From: Sulfuritalea sp. | GTDB lineage: Bacteria > Pseudomonadota > Gammaproteobacteria > Burkholderiales > Rhodocyclaceae | Length of the DNA stretch: 64,000 nucleotides | NCBI GenBank assembly: GCA_011526165.1 | Contig: WYAY01000160.1 | Span: forward strand, 11,354-75,353 | Reading direction: 5' to 3' | Shown here: piece by piece, positions 9,843 to 19,332 of the stretch | Numbering within the stretch: position 1 is the stretch's first letter | How the letters are laid out: each line of letters begins with the position of its first letter | Position numbers and translations under genes: made by a program | Notes under the pieces: model-generated | What the model saw: only the letters and a program-made list of their open reading frames with translations | Database searches by the model: none | What the model was told of the DNA's origin: nothing

Positions 9843-12266
9843 CTACGCCTTGTCCTTCCTGCCTCCACGCTTCTGGCCGGCGGCGGCGAAGGCTTGGCGC
9901 AGCGCCGTCAGCTCGGCCAGCTGGGTGGCGACCAGGTAGTTGATGGTGCCCTCCGGCACGAGGCCCTGCGCATCCGGCTCGCCGGCCGGAACGCCGGTGA
10001 GCAGCGCGATGGCCTGGTCGACCTCCTCGACGGCATGGACGGCGAACTTGCCCGCGGCGCAGGCGGCGACGACGTCCTCGCGCAGCATCAGGTGCTTGAC
10101 GTTGGACTGCGGGATGATGACGCCCTGCTCGCCGGTCAGGCCGCGCGCCTGGCAGATGTCGAAGAAACCCTCGATTTTCTCGTTCACGCCGCCGATCGGC
10201 TGCACGCGGCCGTACTGGTTCACCGAGCCGGTGATGGCCAGCGACTGGCGGATCGGCACGGCGGCCAGCGCCGAGAGCAGCGCGCACAATTCCGCCAGCG
10301 AGGCGCTGTCGCCCTCCACCGGCCCATAGGATTGCTCGAAGACCAGGCTCGCCGACAGCGACAGGGGCAGGCTGCGTGCGTAGCGCGCGGCGAGGAAGGA
10401 CGAGAGGATCATCACGCCCTTGGAGTGGATCGCCCCGCCCAGTTCGGACTCGCGCTCGATGTCGATGACGTCGCCCTCGCCGATGCGCGCCGTGGCGGTG
10501 ATGCGCACCGGGTGGGCGAACAGGGCGTCGCCGAGGTCGATCACCGCCAGCCCATTCACCTGGCCGACCTGGCCGCCGCCGGAATCGATCAGCAGGCTGC
10601 CGCGCAGGATCTGTTCCTGGATCGCCTCGTGCAGGCGGCTGGCGCGGTGGCGCCGGGCTTGCAGCGCCGCCTCGACATCCTCGCGCGTGACGAGGTCGCG
10701 GCCGGCCTGGCCGGCGTGGTGGCTGGCCTCCTGCATCAGGTCGGCAAGACTCCGGCTGCTGGCGGAGAGCTTCTCGGCATCGCCGGCCAGCCGCGCGCTG
10801 TGCTCGATCAGACGCGCCACGGCGAGGCGGTCGAAAGGCCGCAGCCCGTAATGGCGCGCCAGCCCGCCGAGGAAGCGGGCGTAGCTGCGGGTATTCGGCT
10901 CGTTGCGCGCGACGTCGCTCTCGAAATCCGCGCCGACCTTGAACAGCTCCTCGAACTCGGGATCGTATTCCTTGAGCAGGTAGTAGAGGATGCGCTCGCC
11001 GACCAGCACCACCTTGAGGTTGAGCGGCATCGGCTCCGGCTCCAGCGGCAGCATGCTGGTGAAGCCGAACACCTGGCCGAGCGACTCGATGCGCACCTGG
11101 GCCGAGCGCAGCGCGCGCTTGAGGCCCTCCCAGGCGTAAGGCTGGCTCAGCACCTTGGCGGCATCCAGCACCAGGTAGCCGCCGTTGGCGTGCTGCAGGG
11201 CGCCGGGCTTGATCATGGTGAAGTTGGTCACCAGCGTGCCCATGTGGGCGACGCTGTCGACGCGGCCGACCAGGTTCGGATAGATCGGGTTGTCCTCGAA
11301 GACCACCGGCGCCGCCTTGGCCGTGCCGGTGTCGACCAGCAGGTTCACCTGGTAGCGGGCCAGCGAGATGCTGCCGCTGACGAGGACGCCGCTCATGTCG
11401 CCGTCGCTCTTCGGTTGCTCGCGCAGTTCCTCGCTGCTCTCGATGACGTCGCGCATCGCCTCGTCGAGGAAGGCCAGCACGTTGAGCAGGTCGGTGTAGC
11501 GCTCCTTCAGTTCCTCGATGATGTGGCCGACGGCAAGCCCCATGGTCTCCCGGCTCGCCTCCTTGATGCGCCCCTGCATCTCGCGCCGCCACTGCGGAAA
11601 CTGGTGCATCAGCTTGTGCAGGCGCTCGCCGTATTCCTCGATCAGCTTGCCGATGCGCGCCTTCTCCTCGTCGGACAGCTTCTCGAACTCCTCCGGCCCC
11701 ATCGTCTCCTCCCCCTTGACCGGGGCGAAGACGAAGCCGTGCGGCGTGCGCAGGAGCGCCACGCCCTTCTCGCCGGATTCCTGGCCAAGCGTGCGCAGGG
11801 CATTCTCCTCGCGCTGCTTGAACTCGTCCTGGATGGCCTCTATGCGGACGCGGTATTCCTCGCTCTCGAAGGCGGCACCGATGGCTTTCCCCAACTCGGC
11901 GACGAACTGCTGCATGTCGTGCCGGAAGCGGCCGCCGCGGCCAGGCGGCAGGCGCAACAGGCGCGGCTTGTTCGGGTCGGCGAAGTTGTTGACGTAGCAC
12001 CAGTCGCTCGGCGCCGGCTCGCTGGCCGCCTTCTCCTCCAGCAGGCGGCGCACGGCGGCATGGCGGCCGCTGCCCGGCTCGCCCAGCACGAAGAGGTTGA
12101 AGCCGGGCTGCTTGATGTCGATGCCGAAGCGCACCGCATCCAGCGCGCGCGACTGGCCGACGATGTCGGCGGCATCGCTCAGTTCCGCGGTGGTTTCGAA
12201 GTCCAGCAAGGCCACATCGCAGCGCCGCAACAGCGACTGCGGATCGAGGGGGGATAGGTTGGACAT
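9843..12266 (-). CDS. Lon-like (LonC/AAA_32) protease with S16 domain
   Basis: GQSRALDA, degenerate Walker A GEPGSGR, ANGGYLVLDA, VEGDSASLAE Ser and KIEGF Lys dyad. Confidence 0.88.
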   Translation of the reverse strand: MSNLSPLDPQSLLRRCDVALLDFETTAELSDAADIVGQSRALDAVRFGIDIKQPGFNLFVLGEPGSGRHAAVRRLLEEKAASEPAPSDWCYVNNFADPNKPRLLRLPPGRGGRFRHDMQQFVAELGKAIGAAFESEEYRVRIEAIQDEFKQREENALRTLGQESGEKGVALLRTPHGFVFAPVKGEETMGPEEFEKLSDEEKARIGKLIEEYGERLHKLMHQFPQWRREMQGRIKEASRETMGLAVGHIIEELKERYTDLLNVLAFLDEAMRDVIESSEELREQPKSDGDMSGVLVSGSISLARYQVNLLVDTGTAKAAPVVFEDNPIYPNLVGRVDSVAHMGTLVTNFTMIKPGALQHANGGYLVLDAAKVLSQPYAWEGLKRALRSAQVRIESLGQVFGFTSMLPLEPEPMPLNLKVVLVGERILYYLLKEYDPEFEELFKVGADFESDVARNEPNTRSYARFLGGLARHYGLRPFDRLAVARLIEHSARLAGDAEKLSASSRSLADLMQEASHHAGQAGRDLVTREDVEAALQARRHRASRLHEAIQEQILRGSLLIDSGGGQVGQVNGLAVIDLGDALFAHPVRITATARIGEGDVIDIERESELGGAIHSKGVMILSSFLAARYARSLPLSLSASLVFEQSYGPVEGDSASLAELCALLSALAAVPIRQSLAITGSVNQYGRVQPIGGVNEKIEGFFDICQARGLTGEQGVIIPQSNVKHLMLREDVVAACAAGKFAVHAVEEVDQAIALLTGVPAGEPDAQGLVPEGTINYLVATQLAELTALRQAFAAAGQKRGGRKDKA

Positions 12267-12381
12267 TCTGGTTTTTCTATATTCGAATCTGCCGAATAAC
12301 TATAACCTCCGGCGCAGTGCCGCACAAGAATTCAGGTTCTCCGCGCAAATGCCGTAAAGGACTTCATGTCGTCCATCATCG

Positions 12382-12423
12382 TTGACTCCGGTCAACGAAG
12401 CCGCCGCCGAATCGCCATAGCTT
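12382..12423 (+). promoter_or_regulatory. FNR/DNR-type box with class II -10
   Basis: TTGAC-TCCG-GTCAA (12382-12395, dyad extends to CGTTGAC/GTCAACG) and TAGCTT at 12418-12423. Confidence 0.65.
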
Positions 12424-12476
12424 TTGAAACGAAATAGGTTCAAGATATCCGCAGCGACAAGGAAATGGAGATCGCC

Positions 12477-12758
12477 ATGCCGAAGACCATACCCGCCACA
12501 CCCGCTGGCTTCGACCGCGCCCGCGTCATCGAAAGGCCGGACGGCTTCTACTGGCAGGACAAGGACAGCGGCGAGGAGTACGGCCCGTTCCCGACGCTGA
12601 TCGAGGCCGCCGAGGACATGGAGTACAACGGCGAATCCGACTACGAGCCGGGCGAGACCCTGGCCGAGGCGGAGGACGAACTGGGCATTTCCGACTGGAT
12701 CGATCCGGAAACCGGCGGGCCTTCGGAGGAAGGCCGGCCGCACCTCGAGGACCACTGA
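12477..12758 (+). CDS. Small, highly acidic hypothetical protein
   Basis: GGAG SD before the ATG, GC3-rich codons, about 26 D/E in 93 aa. Confidence 0.75.
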   Translation: MPKTIPATPAGFDRARVIERPDGFYWQDKDSGEEYGPFPTLIEAAEDMEYNGESDYEPGETLAEAEDELGISDWIDPETGGPSEEGRPHLEDH

Positions 12759-12773
12759 ACGGCATTGCGGACC

Positions 12774-13247
12774 ATGCCGCTGACGCTGGCCTCCCCCGCA
12801 TTCATCCCCGGCGGCGGCATTCCCGTCGAGTACACCTGCGAGGGCGGCGACCGTTCGCCGCCGCTCGCCTGGAGCGGCGTGCCTGCCGGTACGAAAAGCC
12901 TGGCCCTGATCGTGGACGATCCCGACGCGCCGGATCCGGCCGCGCCGCGCATGACCTGGGTGCACTGGGTGCTCTACGACATTCCGCCCACGGCGACCAA
13001 CCTGCCGGCGGACGTGGCCGCCGCCGCCCTGCCCGCCGGCACGCGCGAAGGCGTCAATGACTGGCAGCGCACCGGCTACGGCGGTCCCTGTCCGCCCATC
13101 GGGCGGCATCGCTATTTCCACAAGCTGTATGCCCTCGACACCCTGCTGCCCGACCTCGACCGGCCCAGCAAGGCGCAGCTGGCGCAGGCCATGCACGGCC
13201 ACGTGCTGGCGCAGGCCGAACTGATCGGCACCTACCAGAAGAAGTGA
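12774..13247 (+). CDS. YbhB/YbcL (PEBP, Raf kinase inhibitor-like) protein
   Basis: DDPDAP, WVHWVLYDIP, YGGPCPP, HRYF. Confidence 0.92.
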   Translation: MPLTLASPAFIPGGGIPVEYTCEGGDRSPPLAWSGVPAGTKSLALIVDDPDAPDPAAPRMTWVHWVLYDIPPTATNLPADVAAAALPAGTREGVNDWQRTGYGGPCPPIGRHRYFHKLYALDTLLPDLDRPSKAQLAQAMHGHVLAQAELIGTYQKK

Positions 13248-14410
13248 TCTTCCCGGACTACGAGGGCGGCAGCATCGTCAACCTGATGCGTTCGCTCGGC
13301 GACGCCTGCGGCGCGCCGCCACTGCCCTATGCGCCGCTGCACGACGCAAAAGTCAGTCTCGGCGGCACGGCGCGCAACATCGTACTGCTGGTCATCGACG
13401 GCCTCGGCTACAACTACCTGCAGCAGAACGGCGCGGGCGGCCACCTTCACGCGCACCTGCACGGCCGCCTCAGCTCGGTCTTTCCGTCCACGACCGCCAG
13501 CGCGATCACCACGTACCTGAGCGGACTGGCGCCGCAGCAGCACGCGTTGACCGGCTGGCACATGTATTTCGCGGAACTGGACGCCATCGCCGCCGTGCTG
13601 CCGCTCAGGCCGCGCGGCGCGGGCGAATTCGATGCGCCGCCCGGCGCGCTGTCGCGCCGCCTGTTCGGCCACCGGCCTTTCGTCGACCGCCTCGCCCGGC
13701 GCAGCGTCTTCGTTTCGCCGCAGGCCATCGCCCACTCGGAATTCAGCCTGTATCACAGCGGCGCCGCCGCAGTGCGCGGCTATCGGACGCTGCCCGAACT
13801 GTTCGGCCAGATCGCGGCCGCGCTGCGCGATTCCGTCGAACCCGCCTATATTTACGCCTACTACGCGGAGCTCGACTCGCTCACCCACAGCCATGGCGTC
13901 GGCAGCACCCAGGTCGCCGCGCAGTTCGCCCTGCTCGACGAGGCCTTCGGCGCCTTCCTCGCCGCCATTGCCGGCAGTGACACGCTGGTGCTGGCCTGCG
14001 CCGACCACGGCTTCATCGATTCGCCGCCGGAACGCCAGATCGATCTGGCGCAGCACCCGGATCTCGCCGCGACGCTGGTGCGCCCGCTGTGCGGCGAACG
14101 CCGCGTCGCCTACTGCTATGTCAGGCCCGGGCAGACGGCCCGCTTCGAGGACTACCTGTCCGAGCATTTCGGCCATTGCCTGGACGCCTTCCCGCGCCGG
14201 GCGCTGCTCGATCAGGGCTGGTTCGGGCCGGGCGCGGCCGATCCGCGACTGGCCTCGCGCATCGGCGACTACGCGCTGGTGATGCGCGACGACTGGACCC
14301 TGCTCGACTGGGTCGAGGGCGAGAAACGCCACCGCCAGATCGGCGTGCATGCCGGCGTCAGCGCCGACGAGATGCTGGTCCCGCTGATCGCTGTCCGCTG
14401 CGACGCATGA
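13244..14410 (+). CDS. Alkaline phosphatase superfamily / nucleotide pyrophosphatase-phosphodiesterase
   Basis: [31 protein letters not shown] motifs; GTGA overlap. Confidence 0.85.
   Translation: MIFPDYEGGSIVNLMRSLGDACGAPPLPYAPLHDAKVSLGGTARNIVLLVIDGLGYNYLQQNGAGGHLHAHLHGRLSSVFPSTTASAITTYLSGLAPQQHALTGWHMYFAELDAIAAVLPLRPRGAGEFDAPPGALSRRLFGHRPFVDRLARRSVFVSPQAIAHSEFSLYHSGAAAVRGYRTLPELFGQIAAALRDSVEPAYIYAYYAELDSLTHSHGVGSTQVAAQFALLDEAFGAFLAAIAGSDTLVLACADHGFIDSPPERQIDLAQHPDLAATLVRPLCGERRVAYCYVRPGQTARFEDYLSEHFGHCLDAFPRRALLDQGWFGPGAADPRLASRIGDYALVMRDDWTLLDWVEGEKRHRQIGVHAGVSADEMLVPLIAVRCDA
13348..13372 (+). repeat. Polar 25-bp motif, copy 3 (AAAAGTCAGTC-tcggcggc-ACGGCG)
   Basis: Read directly; inside the phosphodiesterase gene (KVSLGGTA). 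Confidence 0.9.
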
Positions 14411-15090
14411 GGATCCGGCAGCGCCACCGCTGGGACCTGACGCCGAAGGAAGCGATGGCATTGCAGGCGCGTCTCGCCGCGGAAGTCGTTCGCCGGGACG
14501 ACTTCGCCGCCATCGGCCGCGTCGCCGGCGTCGATGCCGGCTTCGAGGAGGCCGGCGCCACGACGCGCGCCGCCGTGGCCGTGCTCGCCTTCCCCTCGCT
14601 GCAGCTGGAAACCTCGGCCATCGCCCGCCTGCCGACGCGCTTTCCCTACGTGCCGGGCCTGCTCTCCTTCCGCGAAGTGCCGGCCGTGCTGGCGGCCATC
14701 GAGCAGCTCGCCGTCCCGCCGGACCTGCTGCTCTGCGACGGCCAGGGCATCGCCCACCCGCGCCGGCTCGGCATCGCCAGCCACCTCGGCCTGCTCCTCG
14801 ACATTCCGGCCATCGGGGTGGCGAAGACGCGCCTGATCGGCACGCACGATGCGGTGCCGGACGAGCGCGGCGCCTGGGTGCCGCTCGAGGACCGCGGCGA
14901 GGTCATCGGCGCCGTGCTGCGCACCCGCCGGGGCGTCAAGCCGCTGTATATCTCCCCCGGCCACCGCATCGGCCTGGAATCCTCCGTCGCCTGGGTGATG
15001 GCCTGCCTGACGCGCTTTCGCCTGCCGGAAACGACGCGCTGGGCGCATCGCCTGGCATCGGAAAAGCCCGGAAAAACTACAGCGCCTTGA
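14407..15090 (+). CDS. nfi: Endonuclease V (deoxyinosine 3' endonuclease)
   Basis: [34 protein letters not shown]. Confidence 0.93.
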   Translation: MRIRQRHRWDLTPKEAMALQARLAAEVVRRDDFAAIGRVAGVDAGFEEAGATTRAAVAVLAFPSLQLETSAIARLPTRFPYVPGLLSFREVPAVLAAIEQLAVPPDLLLCDGQGIAHPRRLGIASHLGLLLDIPAIGVAKTRLIGTHDAVPDERGAWVPLEDRGEVIGAVLRTRRGVKPLYISPGHRIGLESSVAWVMACLTRFRLPETTRWAHRLASEKPGKTTAP

Positions 15091-15604
15091 CGACGTTGAT
15101 GGTGTCGCCGCCGCCCTCGTCGCGATGGAATTCGAAACCGAGCTGGCGGCAGAATTTCAGCATCTTGTGGTTGCTCGCCAGCACGTAGCCGACCATGGCC
15201 TTCAGCTCCCGCCGGCGCGCCGCCTCGAACAGTTCCAGCATCAGGATGCCGGCCACGCCCGTGCCTTGCCAGGCATCGTCCACCGTGATGGCGAACTCGC
15301 AGCTGTCGCTGCCGGGCGTGACGACGTAGCGCGCGACGCCGATCTCCACCTCGCGCCCGTCGCGCACCACCGTGGCGATCAGCGCCATGTGCTGGTCGTA
15401 GTCGATCTGCGTGAGGTACTCCAGCTTGCGCGGCGCCAGCTCGCGCAGCTGGCCCATGAAGCGGTTGTAGCGCGAATCCTCCGAGAGCCCGCGCACGAAG
15501 TCCTGCTCGATGGCGGCGTCTTCCGGGCGGATGGGCCGGATGACGACCTCGGTGCCGTCGAACAGGCGATGCGGATGAACCAGTTGCTGCGGATAGTCGT
15601 CCAT
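15077..15604 (-). CDS. GNAT N-acetyltransferase (acyl-CoA synthetase-associated type)
   Basis: [28 protein letters not shown]. Confidence 0.88.
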   Translation of the reverse strand: MDDYPQQLVHPHRLFDGTEVVIRPIRPEDAAIEQDFVRGLSEDSRYNRFMGQLRELAPRKLEYLTQIDYDQHMALIATVVRDGREVEIGVARYVVTPGSDSCEFAITVDDAWQGTGVAGILMLELFEAARRRELKAMVGYVLASNHKMLKFCRQLGFEFHRDEGGGDTINVVKAL

Positions 15605-15668
15605 TTTCTCCGGTCTTCTTCTTCGCGGCGCCCATAATAGCGCGTCGGCGGGAACGTACAATGCCGTC

Positions 15669-16667
15669 ATGGACACCGACATGCATCCCTATTCGGCCCT
15701 CACCCCCGATATCGTCCTGAATGCCCTGGAGAGTGTCGGCCTGCCCTGCGACGGCTCCCTGCTGGCCCTCAACAGCTACGAGAACCGCGTCTATCAGGTC
15801 GGCATCGTCGATGCGCCGCCGCTGGTGGCCAAATTCTACCGGCCGCAGCGCTGGAGCGATGCGGCAATCCTCGAAGAGCACGCCTTCGCCCAGGAACTGC
15901 ATGAGAGGGAAATCCCCGTCGTCGCCCCCCTCCCGCTGGCCGGCGGGCGCACCCTGCACCATGCACAGGGTTTCCGTTTCGCGGTGTTTCCGCGCCGCGG
16001 CGGCCGTGCCCCCGAACTGGACCGGCCGGACACCCTGCAGTGGATGGGGCGCTTCCTCGGACGCATCCACGCCGTCGGCGCCGTGGCGCCTTTCCGCGAG
16101 CGTCCCTGCCTCGATATTGCCGGCTTCGGCGAAGCCTCCCGCGATTATGTCCTCGCGCACGGCTTCCTGCCGGAAGACCTGCGCACTGCCTGGTGTAGCG
16201 TGGTCGATCAATCGCTCGACGGCGCTCGCCGCTGCTACGCGCGCGCCGGCGCCGTCGCTTCGATCCGCCTGCATGGCGACTGCCATGCCGGCAACGTGCT
16301 ATGGACCGATAGCGGTGAAATGCGCGGCCCCCATTTCGTCGACTTCGACGACTGCCGCATGGGGCCGGCCGTGCAGGACCTGTGGATGCTGCTGTCCGGA
16401 GAACGGGCCGAGATGACGCACCAGCTCGGCGAGGTGCTGGCCGGCTACGAGGACTTCCGCGACTTCGACCGGCGCGAACTGCATCTGGTCGAGGCGCTGC
16501 GCACCCTGCGCCTGCTGCACTACTCGGCCTGGCTGGCGCGGCGCTGGGACGATCCGGCCTTCCCGGCGGCCTTTCCCTGGTTCAACACCCAGCGCTACTG
16601 GCAGGACCGCATTCTCGAACTGCGCGAGCAGGTGGCGCTGATGGACGAGCCGCCTCTGGTTGCCTGA
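15669..16667 (+). CDS. srkA: Stress response Ser/Thr kinase SrkA/RdoA
   Basis: LNSYENRVY, KFYRP, LHGDCHAGN, DFDD, WLARRWDDPAFP. Confidence 0.92.
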   Translation: MDTDMHPYSALTPDIVLNALESVGLPCDGSLLALNSYENRVYQVGIVDAPPLVAKFYRPQRWSDAAILEEHAFAQELHEREIPVVAPLPLAGGRTLHHAQGFRFAVFPRRGGRAPELDRPDTLQWMGRFLGRIHAVGAVAPFRERPCLDIAGFGEASRDYVLAHGFLPEDLRTAWCSVVDQSLDGARRCYARAGAVASIRLHGDCHAGNVLWTDSGEMRGPHFVDFDDCRMGPAVQDLWMLLSGERAEMTHQLGEVLAGYEDFRDFDRRELHLVEALRTLRLLHYSAWLARRWDDPAFPAAFPWFNTQRYWQDRILELREQVALMDEPPLVA

Positions 16668-17213
16668 TCAGCGGTCGATCTTGGTGATCTTCGAGCCCTC
16701 GAAGGTCAGGTTGGCCATCAGCCCCTTGTTGGAGAAGATGAAGCCGATGATGGGCTTTTTCGCCGTCTCGGTATCGACGGCGCCGCCCGCACCGAGCGTG
16801 GCCAGCGCCACGCTGCCGTCCACGCCCGCCTTCCAGCCCTCGCTGGCGCGGAATTTGGACAGGGCGTTCTCTGTCATGAACAGGATGATCATGCTGCGCG
16901 CCTGGGCGCCGAGCTGCAATCCGATCGAAGCGGAGGCGATGTTGTAGTAGGCCGCCGGCTTGCCGCCGATCAGCAGCGCGCCCTCGCCGTACTCCCCGCC
17001 GACGCCGATGCCCGCCTTCACCACGCTGGGGAATACCAGCATGCCGGCGGCCTTCTGCGAAAGTTCGTGCCCGGCGCTGGTGTGCTGGCGGAATTCCTTC
17101 AGTGCCTGGCGCACTTCGGCGTTGATTTCCTCCCTGGAGGCCGCCCCGGCGCTCCCGACAAAAAACAAAGCCAGCATCCCGGTCAGAACCAGCCGAATCA
17201 GCGTTGCCATCAT
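16668..17213 (-). CDS. YSC84/SYLF-domain periplasmic protein
   Basis: Signal peptide, LVFPSVVKAGIGVGGEYGEG, GLMANLTFEGSKI. Confidence 0.85.
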   Translation of the reverse strand: MMATLIRLVLTGMLALFFVGSAGAASREEINAEVRQALKEFRQHTSAGHELSQKAAGMLVFPSVVKAGIGVGGEYGEGALLIGGKPAAYYNIASASIGLQLGAQARSMIILFMTENALSKFRASEGWKAGVDGSVALATLGAGGAVDTETAKKPIIGFIFSNKGLMANLTFEGSKITKIDR

Positions 17214-17272
17214 GATGCCTCTCCCGTTGTGCAGTCGGCGGATATCCTAACGCAAGACGGCGCTGCCGTTGC

Positions 17273-17305
17273 AAAAACAAAGGGCCCGCGAAATCGCAGG
17301 CCCTT
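17273..17305 (-). terminator. Rho-independent terminator after tRNA-Arg
   Basis: AAGGGCC..GGCCCTT hairpin followed by a U-rich run on the minus strand. Confidence 0.65.
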
Positions 17306-17311
17306 GGAAAC

Positions 17312-17388
17312 TGGCGCGCCCGAAGAGATTCGAACTCCTGACCCCTTGGTTCGTAGCCAAGTACTCTATCCAGCTGAGCTACGGGCGC
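17312..17388 (-). tRNA. tRNA-Arg(ACG)
   Basis: GCGCCCGTAGCTCAGCTGGATAGAG...CTACGAA...TTCGAA...CCA. Confidence 0.96.
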
Positions 17389-17411
17389 GTTGGTGCAAAA
17401 TTATATCAAAC

Positions 17412-17505
17412 TGGCGGAGAGAGAGGGATTCGAACCCTCGATGCAGGTTTAAGCCCGCATACTCCCTTAGCAGGGGAGCGCCTTCGACCTCTCGGCCATC
17501 TCTCC
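17412..17505 (-). tRNA. tRNA-Ser(GCT)
   Basis: Long variable arm, anticodon loop CTGCTAA, CCA end. Confidence 0.95.
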
Positions 17506-17552
17506 AAAACGGCCGGCGATATTACCGCTTTCGCCCAAGCCGGTCAAACGGC

Positions 17553-18791
17553 TTAGGCCGGCACCTGATCGAGATCGAAGGCCTTGTGCAGCACCCGCAC
17601 GGCCAGTTCGAGGTATTTCTCGTCGATCACCACGGAAATCTTGATCTCGGAGGTGGAGATCATCTGGATGTTGATGCCTTCCTCCGCCAGCGTGCGGAAC
17701 ATCTTGCTGGCGATGCCGACGTGGGAGCGCATGCCGACGCCGACCACGGACACCTTGGCGATCTTGTTGTCGCCGGTGATCTGGCGCGCGCCGATGTGCC
17801 CCTTGACCTGATCGAGGATGGCGGTCGCCCTGGCGAACTCGCCGCGCGGCACGGTAAACGAGAAATCGGTCATGCCGTCGTGGCCGATGTTCTGGATGAT
17901 CATATCCACGTCGATGTTGGCCTCGGCCACTGGCCCAAGGATCTGGTAGGCGATGCCGGGGCGGTCCGGCACGCCGAGCACGGTGAGCTTGGCCTCGTCG
18001 CGGTTGAAGGCGATGCCCGAAATCGTTGGCTGTTCCATCATGATGTCATCCTCGAATGTAATGAGCGTGCCCGGGCCTTCCTGGCCGAGTTCCTCCAGGC
18101 TGGACAGCACGCGCAGCTTGACCTTGTACTTGCCGGCAAACTCGACCGAGCGGATCTGCAGCACCTTGGAGCCGAGGCTGGCCATTTCCATCATTTCCTC
18201 GAAGGTGATGGTTTCCAGCCGGCGAGCCTCGGGCACGATGCGCGGGTCGGTGGTATAGACGCCGTCCACGTCGGTGTAGATCTGGCACTCGTCGGCCTTC
18301 AGCGCAGCGGCGATGGCGACCGCCGAGGTGTCGGAACCGCCGCGGCCCAGCGTGGTGATGTTGCCGGCCTCGTCGACGCCCTGGAAGCCGGCCACCACCA
18401 CCGCGAAGCCGTTGTCGAGGTCGCGCTTGATGTTGCCTTCGTCGATGCTGACGATGCGCGCCTTGGTGAAGGCGCTGTCGGTCAGGACACGCACCTGTCC
18501 CCCGGTATAGCTGCGCGCCTTGACGCCGATGCCTATCAGCGCCATGGACAGCAGGCCGATCGTCACCTGCTCGCCGGTCGAGGCAATGACATCCAGTTCG
18601 CGGGAGTCGGGGTTCGTCTGCATCTCCTTCGCCAGCGCGATCAGGCGGTTGGTCTCGCCGCTCATGGCGGATACCACCACCACGACCCGGTGGCCCTTCG
18701 CCTGCCAGCTGGCGATGCGCCGGGCGACGTTCTTGATCCGCTCTGGCGAGCCGACCGAGGTACCGCCGTACTTCTGAACTATGAGTGCCAT
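17553..18791 (-). CDS. lysC: Aspartate kinase
   Basis: VQKYGGTSV, TLGRGGSD, two ACT domains, ISTSEIKIS. Confidence 0.96.
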   Translation of the reverse strand: MALIVQKYGGTSVGSPERIKNVARRIASWQAKGHRVVVVVSAMSGETNRLIALAKEMQTNPDSRELDVIASTGEQVTIGLLSMALIGIGVKARSYTGGQVRVLTDSAFTKARIVSIDEGNIKRDLDNGFAVVVAGFQGVDEAGNITTLGRGGSDTSAVAIAAALKADECQIYTDVDGVYTTDPRIVPEARRLETITFEEMMEMASLGSKVLQIRSVEFAGKYKVKLRVLSSLEELGQEGPGTLITFEDDIMMEQPTISGIAFNRDEAKLTVLGVPDRPGIAYQILGPVAEANIDVDMIIQNIGHDGMTDFSFTVPRGEFARATAILDQVKGHIGARQITGDNKIAKVSVVGVGMRSHVGIASKMFRTLAEEGINIQMISTSEIKISVVIDEKYLELAVRVLHKAFDLDQVPA

Positions 18792-18920
18792 GGACAACCG
18801 CTTCTTTCTCTTCTAGTGCGTTGAAAAGAGCGAAATTTTACCCGATAACCGGAGGCCGGCGCAGCGGCTGCCGGCAAATCCGCGGGAAAACGCCCAGCAG
18901 CGTCCGCCGGTATGCCAGCC

Positions 18921-18974
18921 TTGTATGTGCTTTGAATATTGTCTATACTGTGTGTGCTATTACTTAGGTGATAG
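18921..18974 (+). promoter_or_regulatory. Sigma70 promoter with a downstream inverted repeat
   Basis: TTGTAT-17bp-TATACT (18921-18949) and CTATTAC-TTAG-GTGATAG (18957-18974) in an AT-rich patch. Confidence 0.6.
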
Positions 18975-19034
18975 TTTATTTGGCTTTGCAATTATTCTAA
19001 TTTTATTAAATACAATTTAAAGGACGGCACGATA

Positions 19035-19328
19035 ATGAAGACCGATACCATCGACGCGCGCGAAATCCGCCGCAAGCTCGGGCTCAACCAGCAGCAGTTC
19101 TGGTCCAAGATCGGCGTTACCCAAAGCGGCGGCTCCCGCTACGAAAGCGGCCGCAACATGCCCCGGCCGGTGCAGCAGCTGCTCCGCCTGGTTCACGTCG
19201 AGCAGATCGACATCGGCAAGATCAAGCGCGACGACTGGGAAGTCGTGGAATACCTGAAATCCAGCGACCCGGAATTGTTCAGGTCGTTGAAGAAGGCCGC
19301 CAAGGGCAAGGGCAAGAAAGGCAACTGA
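19035..19328 (+). CDS. XRE/RsaL-like helix-turn-helix DNA-binding protein
   Basis: LGLNQQQFWSKIGVTQSGGSRYESGR HTH with a basic C-terminal tail. Confidence 0.85.
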   Translation: MKTDTIDAREIRRKLGLNQQQFWSKIGVTQSGGSRYESGRNMPRPVQQLLRLVHVEQIDIGKIKRDDWEVVEYLKSSDPELFRSLKKAAKGKGKKGN

Positions 19329-19332
19329 AGCG

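Noticed and set aside
9222-12257. Very long antisense or alternative-frame ORFs (1011 aa here; also 29270-32089 and 57183-59696)
   Set aside because: These are shadow ORFs expected at high GC, overlapping well-supported genes
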